From Histomonas meleagridis 2922-C6/04-290x (lineage: Eukaryota; Protista; Parabasalia), in NCBI GenBank assembly GCA_020184695.1, contig JAANOX010000039.1, positions 1 through 64,000 on the forward strand: DNA of 64,000 nt. Direction: 5' to 3'. How positions within the stretch are numbered: the first letter of the stretch is position 1; every line of letters begins with the position of its first letter. Position numbers and translations under genes: made by a program. This document shows positions 55,468 through 64,000 of the stretch, piece by piece. A model generated the notes under the pieces. It had not been told where the DNA came from. It searched no databases and worked only from the letters and a program-made list of their open reading frames with translations.

Positions 55468-57379
55468 ATGGAATATTCCACAAATAGAAATCTTAACAGT
55501 AAATTTGATATATATTTTGAAGAACTAAAGTTCTCTTGAATATATAATATTTCATTTAACTGATGAAAACTTGAATTTATCAATCGAACAAACAATGAAA
55601 CTATTTGATTCAAATTCACCATATTCATATAACTTAATCATAAGTATTTTAATTTATTTTGCATTTTCTTCATCTCAAAAAATTACATGTGATTTGTATA
55701 TAAATTATTTACAAGCAATTCAAGCAAAAGAAGAAGAATTAAATAAAGATGTACCAAAAATAATTGATATTTTTTAAATTTTATATCCAAATATGATTCA
55801 AAAGAAACTTATTTTTTAATTGAGAATATGATTAGTAAAAATTTAATTGATGCAAACATAACAAAAAAATTTCAATATGGTTATTTTATGCATTATAACA
55901 AAAAAGAAGAAAATGACTTCATTGTTAATAATACCCGTTTTTTGAGTAGTTCAATCAGGCAAAGAATGAAATTAGCAGAGGAAATCATAAAAAATTATGA
56001 AGAACTTTCAAAGAATGATTGGGAACTCCACAAAAAATTAATTAAAGAAGGAGTTAATCCAAATGAAATTGCAAAAATCATTCGAAATGATGAAATCGAT
56101 AAACTTCAAGAAATATCATCACAAACAAATTTTGATTTTAATCAAAAAATAGAACCATCGCTTTATGAAAGATGTTCATTTAATAATATTAAAATTCAAC
56201 CATCACTATATGCAAATCATTCATTTATTAATGTTACATTAATTGATTATGCAGCATTTTTTTCTTCAGTAAAATGTTTTAAATATTTACTTATGAATGG
56301 AGCAAATGTAGAAAACACAGGTAAATACGCTGTTGCAGGTGGAAATGAAGAAATCATTCATTTATGTGAGCAAAATCATTCATCATTTGAAGATGCATAT
56401 GAAACAGCAATTGAATTTCATCGAAATGATATCTTTAAATATATTTATGAAAACAAATTAGAAAAAATGAAAGAAAATATAGATATTTTAGGTTATTTTT
56501 GTGTTAAAAGTGGAAATTATAAAATTCTTTCATTTTTGGAAAAAGAAATAAATATTAGTAAACATATAAATGAATCAGCAGAAATAGGAAACTTATATTT
56601 GGTTAAACATTTTCTTCTAAATAACCAAATTCCTAATAATATTTTAGTTTTCTCTGTATTATCAGGAAATTTTGAACTTGTTAAATATATTCTCGAGCAA
56701 AAAGGAATCGATATAAATGAAAATAATTTTAATTTGTTTTGTTTGGATTTTCTTTATATAATTGGAGATATTAAAATGATATTTAAAAATTATTTCAAAT
56801 ATTTAAAACAGCACTTTTGATCGCATCAGAAAAAGGTCATACAGAAATAGTTAAATTACTTCTTGAACAAAAAGGAATTGATATTAATGCTAAAAATATT
56901 TAATTGTTTTATTTTGGATTTATTTTAATAATTTTATATTTCAAAATAATATTTGGAAATTATTTAAATTATTTAATACAGCACTTATTTTAGCATCAGA
57001 AAAAGGTCATACAGAAATAGTTAAATTACTACTTGATCTAAAAATATTCAATATTAATGATCAAAATATTAATTTGTTTTATTTAAAACATGTTTTATTA
57101 ATTTTATATTTCAAAATAATATTTGGAAATTATTTAAATTATTTAATACAGCACTTATGAAAGCATCAGAAAAAGTCATACAGAAACAGTTAAATTACTT
57201 CTTGAACAAAAAGGAATTGATATTAATGCTAAAGATATGTTTTCGTTAAACTTTTTTATGTTTCAAAATTTTTTTTTTGGTAATTATTTAAATCATATCA
57301 TTCAGCACTTATGTTTGCATCTTCGAAAAATCAAACAGAAATAGTAAAATTATTACAATATTTTGAGAATAAAAAATGA
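55468..57379 (+). CDS. DUF3447-type ankyrin gene with four spacer-interrupted ANK repeats; 1-nt frameshifts at ~55530, ~55772 (T-run) and ~57175
   Basis: LSKNDWELHKKLIKEGVNPNEIAKIIRNDEIDKLQ, TLIDYAAFFSSVKCFKYLLMNGA; exons TALLIASEKGH, TALILASEKGH, TALMKASEK, SALMFASSKNQ..KK* (TGA 57377-79). Confidence 0.85.
56728..57301 (+). other. Array of four ANK-interrupting spacers (D-to-T intervals 80, 80, 80, 65 nt)
   Basis: 56728-56807, 56898-56977, 57068-57147, 57237-57301; 170-nt period. Confidence 0.88.
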
Positions 57380-57549
57380 TAACATAAAAAAAAAATTTAA
57401 CCATTTAAAAACAAACAAAATCCATATTTATATAAATTGTGCAATTTTTGTGTTCATATTTGTTAAATCCAACCATACATACAACAATATATATACATAA
57501 CATAACAATTGTATTGAAAACGACAAATGAAAATATTTATATAAAAAAT

Positions 57550-60294
57550 TTATTCATTTGACAATTTAACAATAGTTTCATTTATAAGATTTCTTAAACT
57601 CTTAATTGATTTAATTGATTTATCCTCATCTTCATCATCTATATCTTCTTCCTCTTCTTTTCTTTCTTCTTCATTTGAGAAGACATCTGTAAGTGTATCT
57701 ATTAGCCATGGCAATGATTTCTTTTTGAGTTGTATTTTAGCTAAAGAATTAATTAAATGTTTCACAATATCAATTGAAACATCAGTTTTAGCTTCATTTA
57801 CCATTTTCAAAATAATTGGATGTGCAGGATGTACTTCATCTTTAGTTTGAGGTGCATCTACAGCAATACTCAAACAGATTTTTGCTAAGCATTCATATGC
57901 AAGATTATATACATTAACTCCATAACCATTTTCTATTTCAATAGCATTTATATAAACACTTAAAATAGAGAAAAATGGTTCTCCATCATATACATGTAAA
58001 GATAACATATCCGCAAAAAGAGTCATTAAAGTTTTCAACACTTGAAAAGGTAATGATTCTTCATCATTTAATGTTTCTTCATTATATACACTTAAAATTC
58101 CTGGAACAAAAAGTTCAAATATTGATTTATGAATAATATGTATTGATGTTTCAAATAGTTCGGGATTTTTTTCTTGTAATACTTGAATTGCTAAATGGAC
58201 TCTAAGCGCAATAGATAATTCTATTATTTGTATTAAACATTGACCTGGAAGTTCATTCGCAATTCTTTCAGAGTTTTGACTAATTCTTTCGATTTCTTCT
58301 TCAGGTGAAATTTCGGAATTTTCATCATTATCAAATAAAATTGAAATATTTTCATTCCATTCGAATGGAATATTTAATTTTAATAAAAGAATAGGAACAA
58401 ACTTATTTAAACTACTTAATAATTCTTGAATTATATCTGATTGAGAAATAACAATTTTCCTAAGTTCTGAATGTGCAAAAATAAATGATAAAAATCGAAT
58501 TGAACGTATTAATTCATCGATATTTGTTTCATTTTCATTTAATGTTACAGTATCTGAAATAACTTTCACTAAATTTGGAAAATATGTTTGAATTGTTTTC
58601 CATTTAACTAAACATCTAAGTGCATCTGACCATGCATCATTATCATTCGATTGTAAATATTCAAGTACCATATTATCTTCACCAGAAGCAGGTTGAAATA
58701 ATGATAAAAACCTAAAAAGAAATGAATGTAATTCAGGATTCAACTTTGTTAATAACATTTGAGGATTTAAATTAGGAAAAGTTCGATTCCTCATTTCAGT
58801 GAGTTGTTCAGAATCTTTAACACGTGCAGCAACTGCTTCCATTGTTGATGATATAATAACCCATATTGCGCATTCTGGTTTCAATTCTTGTTTTTCTAAA
58901 TCATCAACATCTTCAAATGGAGGAAGAACCATTTCTGTATCAGTATCAACTAATTTAACACTTGGAAGTTTAGGATTTTGACCCTTCATAACTTTATCAG
59001 ACCAAAAATACGCAAAACGTAAAAAACATAAAATTTCATCAACAGAAACATATTTTGGAAGACACTTATAAAACTTTTCGGCTGCAGAAAGACTTTTTCG
59101 CATTAAAAAAAGACATCTAGCAACTCTTCTTGTATTTATAGCATGTTCTTTTTTCTTGTCTATAGGCGGAGGGAAAAGTGATGGATGTAAAAGTTGACAA
59201 ATTGCTTCGGAACATTTAGCAGTATCAAATTTCATTCTATAAATTAAATGGTCGATATGAACCAATTTAAAAATGTTAATATTATCAAATGGATTAATTG
59301 TTGTAAGTAATTTAATGAATTGAATTCTTACGGATTCAACAGGATCATGTAAAAGATATCCAAGATTTGGTAAATATTGAACAATGCTTTCAATGCTTTC
59401 AGCACGTTGTAAAAGAAAATCAAGTCCTTCTAAAACTGCGCATCGTACAGCTGATGATGACCCATCAAAACATAATTCAGTTGATAAGTATTTGATAAAT
59501 TCTGTTCGAGGTTGAGGTGGAATTAAATCCCACCATTCATAAAGTATTCGACATGTTGATTTAGCAGCTTCACAACGAACTTTCGGACTTTCATCGGATA
59601 ATGATGATTGAATTTCTTCAATTTGAGTTTCAAGAAGTGAAAGATTTTTGTCAGAAGAAAATTTTGGTGATTGAAGTGGAAATGCTGAAACAAATAACAT
59701 AAGAGTATTTTGTCGGACAATTGGATTGGCTGCATGAAGATATCGAAATACGACAGGTTCATATAGGTGTACCATTGATTTACTGAGTTGATTACGTAAT
59801 CGCCGTTTGGAATGAAAAGCATTTAAAAACATTCTACAGTTTTTGGCGAAACTTGGTGAGGCTGATAATATTGATGAGTCTATTATATCTTTTAGAAGCC
59901 CTGTTTCTATTGTGGCTTTTTCATTGGAATTTGCTGCAAGCCATGAATTAACTATAACATCACCAATTGTTGTAGATGCCTCGGTGTTAGCTACTTGAAG
60001 TGCTTGCTTTATTGCTAATGTAATTTCACTGATCCGAAATAAAGAATAAAGAACAACAGTCGAAAGAAACTTCCTTGATTTATCTGCTTTCAGAAAATTC
60101 GGAGATAAAAAACATTTGTCAATTGACTTGTTTAATGATCCTGCTTCTGGTAAATTAAGTTTTTCTCCAACATTTTTCTTATATAGTTTAATCGCATTAT
60201 TTACATCTTTTGATTTTGCTGTTTTTAGTAGGGCTGCTTTGAAGGCATTATTTGTTTCGTTGTATTTGGTTTGCTCTGTTTCTTCGGAATTCAT
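57550..60294 (-). CDS. NCAPG2: Condensin-2 complex subunit G2
   Basis: LYEPVVFRYLHAANPIVRQN..LFVSAFP, LSDESPKVR, ELCFDGSSSAVRCAV, LLHDPVESVRIQFIKLL HEAT motifs. Confidence 0.88.
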   Translation of the reverse strand: MNSEETEQTKYNETNNAFKAALLKTAKSKDVNNAIKLYKKNVGEKLNLPEAGSLNKSIDKCFLSPNFLKADKSRKFLSTVVLYSLFRISEITLAIKQALQVANTEASTTIGDVIVNSWLAANSNEKATIETGLLKDIIDSSILSASPSFAKNCRMFLNAFHSKRRLRNQLSKSMVHLYEPVVFRYLHAANPIVRQNTLMLFVSAFPLQSPKFSSDKNLSLLETQIEEIQSSLSDESPKVRCEAAKSTCRILYEWWDLIPPQPRTEFIKYLSTELCFDGSSSAVRCAVLEGLDFLLQRAESIESIVQYLPNLGYLLHDPVESVRIQFIKLLTTINPFDNINIFKLVHIDHLIYRMKFDTAKCSEAICQLLHPSLFPPPIDKKKEHAINTRRVARCLFLMRKSLSAAEKFYKCLPKYVSVDEILCFLRFAYFWSDKVMKGQNPKLPSVKLVDTDTEMVLPPFEDVDDLEKQELKPECAIWVIISSTMEAVAARVKDSEQLTEMRNRTFPNLNPQMLLTKLNPELHSFLFRFLSLFQPASGEDNMVLEYLQSNDNDAWSDALRCLVKWKTIQTYFPNLVKVISDTVTLNENETNIDELIRSIRFLSFIFAHSELRKIVISQSDIIQELLSSLNKFVPILLLKLNIPFEWNENISILFDNDENSEISPEEEIERISQNSERIANELPGQCLIQIIELSIALRVHLAIQVLQEKNPELFETSIHIIHKSIFELFVPGILSVYNEETLNDEESLPFQVLKTLMTLFADMLSLHVYDGEPFFSILSVYINAIEIENGYGVNVYNLAYECLAKICLSIAVDAPQTKDEVHPAHPIILKMVNEAKTDVSIDIVKHLINSLAKIQLKKKSLPWLIDTLTDVFSNEEERKEEEEDIDDEDEDKSIKSIKSLRNLINETIVKLSNE

Positions 60295-60754
60295 TGGTTA
60301 TTAATTAATAAACGGCCTATATCAAATTATAAACGTTCTTTGTCAAATAAACGTTTTGAATTTGAACTCACCCACAGTATATTTGAGCGCACATAGATGT
60401 AATCGTTCAATAAAAAAAGCATTTCATTAGTATCATTTTCTTCTGTTTATTTAATAAAATAAACAGAAAATGTCAATTTTTTCTCACTCTCAAATACTAT
60501 ATTTTCGTACTACAAATTCATCTATTGGTAACACTATGAAAAAAGATATAAATTTTCAATTTTTCAACTTAAAGAATCAACACCATATAATAATATTATT
60601 ATTATTTCAAACAAAATATCATATATAAATGGAATTCAAAAAATATAAATATGAAATTGTAATAGGTATATTTTTATTTATTAACAAAACGAAAGTCTTA
60701 TATTGAAATATTTTGATTTTTATACATTAACATCTTTAACAAATGAATTCTTTA

Positions 60755-62710
60755 TTAAATTCTGGTGAAAGTTTCTTCTTTGAAATCATTTGCAAATGGA
60801 TCTTCGTCAATATTCGTGATCGATATTCCATTATTAAATGAAGTTATTTCATTAGAATTTTTGTTTTCATAACTAATTACTGATTCTTCTGATAAAACTT
60901 TGTTTCGATTTCGAATATAAATGAATACAAAAATAAATATCGTAATAATAACAACAAGTCCAATGATGATGCCAATGATAATATAAATATTATTATTGTT
61001 GTTATTATTGTTAATATTCTCATCTTGATAATATATTGAAAAGAAATTAGAATAAAAACTATAATAAGAAGAATATATAACAACTGTATATTCATAAAAT
61101 ATAAGTTGTGAAACAATTATTGTACTCATTGAACCTGTTATCCATAATGTGTTTGTATTCGTTAGAAATGATAATTTAATAGATAACGTTTGCGTATATG
61201 AAAATATTAAAGTTAAAGTATAAGAATGAGAAATAGAATAATAAACAGTTAATGTGTTTTGTATAAATGTATTTGATTTAGTGAAAGTATTTGATTTAGT
61301 AAATGTATTTGACTGTGAAAATGTGTTTGATTTAGTAAATGTATTTGATTGACTAAATGTATTTGATTTAGTAAATGTATTTGACTGTGAAAATGTGTTT
61401 GATTTAGTAAATGTATTTGATTGACTAAATGTATTTGATTTAGTAAATGTATTTGACTGTGAAAATGTGTTTGATTTAGTAAATGTATTTGATTGACTAA
61501 ATGTATTTGATTTAGTGAATGTATTTGACTGTGAAAATGTGTTTGATTTAGTAAATGTATTTGATTGACTAAATGTATTTGACTGTGAAAATGTATTTGA
61601 TTTAGTAAATGTATTTGATTGACTAAATGTATTCGATTTTGGAAATGTAAGTGATGATGTAAATGGTTTAGATGGTGTTAACTCTAATGTTGGCATTGGT
61701 GAGCATCCAGCAATAATTGATCCTTTCTTAACTTGCAAATCGCAAAATGTATCATCAACATATGTCGATAATGTCATAATTGTTGTAAGTGTAGTTTCAT
61801 CAAATACTCTATCACCAATGCTAGTTGGATTTGTTTTTCCATAATAATAAAAACATTTGAGATTTGTACAGTGTGTGAACACAGTATCGCTAATCGAATC
61901 GATTCGACCTCTAATAAAAATAGTTTCTAATTTTTCACAATATATAAAAGCAGAGATCTCAATGGTATTAACTGAAGATGGAACTATGATTTCCTTTAGT
62001 GATTTGCACTGAGAAAATATACAAGCGCCAAGATTTCGTAGGTTTTCTCCAAGGTAAACATCTACTAAATTTGGACAGCTATTTAAAATATTTACGCCTA
62101 TTGTTCGAACATTTTTACCCATTTTAAATGAAATCAAATTTGGACATGAAATAAACGCATTATTGCCAATGGTTTCAACTGAGTCACCTATGACAACAGT
62201 TTCTAATAAAGGCCATTCCATAAATGAAGTAGATGGAATAGAAGTAACTGAATAAACAAGAAGATGAATCGTTGAATCACAATAATCTTGTGTGAAATCA
62301 GTCGTTTTTTGGATCGTGAGAGTATTATTATAGGAAGAAAACACTTGACATGTGTGAGAAAAAAGTAACAAAATAAATGGGAATTTTTTTATTTTAATAA
62401 TTTCTTTAATTGCTGCAAAACATGTGAACCGCTTTAATAAAATAAATTTCTTGAACAAAAAAAAGATTTCAAAAACGAAGCATGTGATACTGATTGCAAA
62501 TTGAATCAATAAAACAATCTCGATAATATAATTGGAATCTTTTTTCATATATAAATATTTGTTTTCGAATAAAGTAAGAAATGATTGAGTTTGATTTTCA
62601 ATTTGAACATTGGAATGAGTTACATTCATAGGCAAAGATACAGAAAAATTGATCTTTCTGAGATAAATACATGAAGGTATTATTAAAAATATGGAAAATG
62701 ATTGCAACAT
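60755..62710 (-). CDS. BspA-like (TpLRR) type-I surface protein with Ser/Thr stalk, TM and DEDPF cytosolic tail
   Basis: LETVVIGDSVETIGNNAFISCPNL-type 23-aa repeats; (SNTFSQ/SNTFTK)x21; TM IYIIIGIIIGLVVIITIFIFVFIYI; IDEDPFANDF. The N-terminal start is uncertain. Confidence 0.88.
   Translation of the reverse strand: MLQSFSIFLIIPSCIYLRKINFSVSLPMNVTHSNVQIENQTQSFLTLFENKYLYMKKDSNYIIEIVLLIQFAISITCFVFEIFFLFKKFILLKRFTCFAAIKEIIKIKKFPFILLLFSHTCQVFSSYNNTLTIQKTTDFTQDYCDSTIHLLVYSVTSIPSTSFMEWPLLETVVIGDSVETIGNNAFISCPNLISFKMGKNVRTIGVNILNSCPNLVDVYLGENLRNLGACIFSQCKSLKEIIVPSSVNTIEISAFIYCEKLETIFIRGRIDSISDTVFTHCTNLKCFYYYGKTNPTSIGDRVFDETTLTTIMTLSTYVDDTFCDLQVKKGSIIAGCSPMPTLELTPSKPFTSSLTFPKSNTFSQSNTFTKSNTFSQSNTFSQSNTFTKSNTFSQSNTFTKSNTFSQSNTFTKSNTFSQSNTFTKSNTFSQSNTFTKSNTFSQSNTFTKSNTFSQSNTFTKSNTFSQSNTFTKSNTFTKSNTFIQNTLTVYYSISHSYTLTLIFSYTQTLSIKLSFLTNTNTLWITGSMSTIIVSQLIFYEYTVVIYSSYYSFYSNFFSIYYQDENINNNNNNNNIYIIIGIIIGLVVIITIFIFVFIYIRNRNKVLSEESVISYENKNSNEITSFNNGISITNIDEDPFANDFKEETFTRI
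61259..61636 (-). repeat. Coding minisatellite: 21 x 18-nt units with 36-nt and 72-nt higher-order periodicity
   Basis: Units encode SNTF(SQ/TK); synonymous variants GACTGTGAAAATGTG recur every 72 nt. Confidence 0.95.
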
Positions 62711-63203
62711 GTTGCCAAAAAGGAAGTTCTGTTATGAAACTCAGTAAACTATTTAAAAACATTTTTCAGTTGTTTTTTGAATGCGGTTAATGTTGCCCAT
62801 AATTGAGAGACCAACCGTTTCCCCTCAAATAAAGCAAAAAGAGTCAAAATGCAGGTTTCATAATTGGAATCAAGGTTCATAAGTAATTGTAGTAAATAGA
62901 TACTCTACTAAATTGAGAATAAGGAATTTTTCAGCATCTTAGGAAACAAATTTGATTTCAAGTTTGAACATTATGTGGCATTTTCACAGCAGTAAAGATA
63001 TTGTTTTAGGAACTCTGATCGATTTGTGATAAATGTATGAGGATATTATCAAAATAATCGAAAATGATTGTGAACACAACAAGAATAAAACAGATATTTT
63101 TATTTATAGACAATTTATATAAAACCTTTAATGGGAAGAAATTAAACATGCTCACTTTTTAATTTTTTAACATTTTCTAATCAAACAAAACGCATTATAA
63201 TGC

Positions 63204-64000
63204 TTAACAATGTATACATTCTTGATGAGCTTGGAATCATTCAAATAAACGCCAAATATTATTTTGAAACTTGACCAAAAAATTAGAAAAAACATCAAAT
63301 TTAATAAACAAACATCTCTCATATTAATAGTAATTCCTTCTTGATCAAGAAGTAATCGCACAATTTCAACTCGTCCATTATTAGATGAAACCATTAGTGC
63401 TGACCAAAATAAAATGAATAAATTCCAAATATAATTTTGAAATTGTAAAAATTTAAGTTAAACATTATTATAACTATAAAAACATCTTTTGCATTTATAT
63501 CAATTCCTTCTTGTTCAAGAAGTAATTTAACAACTTCAGGTTGATCATTTTCAGATGCACATAAAAGAGCTGTCCGAAATCATTTAAATAATTTCCAAAA
63601 ATTTTCATAAAATTTTAAATTGTTGAATTAAATTTTAATAAATTAAAATGTACATCAACAGTATTTATATTAATTCCTTTTTGTTCTAATAATAATTTTA
63701 CTATTTCTATATGTCCTTTATAAGATGCATATAAAAGTGCTGACCAATAAAATATGAACATATTCCAAATAAAATTTATAAACCCAATATTTAAAAATTT
63801 AATATTGAAAATATATATGAAATATCTGTTTCATTTAGTTCAATTAATTTTTGGTTAACAAGTAATTTAACTATTTCATAATTACCGGATTCAGTTGCAC
63901 ACATTAAAGCTGTTTTATATCACGAAAACAAATTCCAATTCTTACAAGAAAACATCAAGATTTTGAATTAAATATTATTTTTCGCATTTATATCAATTCC
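63204..64000 (-). CDS. 3' part of another spacer-interrupted ANK gene (5' end beyond the window)
   Basis: Exons TALMCATESGNYEIVKLL, SALLYASYKGHIEIVKLLLEQKG, TALLCASENDQPEVVKLLLEQEG, SALMVSSNNGRVEIVRLLLDQEG; D-to-T intervals 63914-63976 (63), 63744-63823, 63574-63653, 63404-63483 (80 each). Confidence 0.82.

Noticed and set aside
55760-55790. Programmed frameshifts in DUF3447 genes (also ~21105, ~31312, ~57175)
   Set aside because: Single-base indels mostly in homopolymer runs and at non-equivalent positions; typical of long-read consensus error or ordinary decay.
3185-63394. Numerous short antisense or overlapping ORFs in the track
   Set aside because: Shadow frames of real genes or AT-rich open frames with no independent motifs.
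1-64000. tRNA, rRNA, snRNA or snoRNA genes
   Set aside because: No cloverleaf, rRNA-like or box C/D pattern could be supported by eye; an Infernal/tRNAscan-SE search would be needed.

Overview
AT-rich, gene-dense eukaryotic genomic DNA from a parabasalid (Tritrichomonas/Trichomonas-like). This assignment is inferred from DUF3447-type ankyrin genes, a BspA-like LRR surface protein, M3/M5-like promoter motifs and essentially intron-free housekeeping genes. Recognisable genes: RPS23, RPS26, damaged SRP54 and RPS2, CNOT11, TMEM115-like, LIM, ArfGAP, BET/ET-domain, PX, NT-C2, GOT1, TRRAP/Tra1-like, LRR, TBC RabGAP, CDP-DAG synthase, Rab, NCAPG2 and a divergent Hsp70. Two TIR transposons with TA duplications are present (mariner DD34D, Tc1-like DD35E). 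The most unusual signal occurs at five separate loci (~0.2-2.2, 20.8-22.7, 29.7-32.0, 55.5-57.4 and 63.2-64.0 kb). In these DUF3447-type genes every C-terminal ankyrin repeat is interrupted at the same position (between 'GIDINAKD' and 'TAL') by an AT-rich, stop-containing, frame-breaking spacer. The D-to-T codon distance is exactly 80 nt in most copies (12 nt coding + ~68 nt spacer; 170-nt period). The spacers diverge in sequence, carry no frame-restoring GT-AG or parabasalid ACTAACACACAG signal, and keep a TGG exactly 24 nt before the Thr codon. This looks like a non-canonical intron/excision system but needs RNA evidence. Scattered 1-nt frameshifts in homopolymers suggest some assembly error, so 'pseudogene' calls are provisional.
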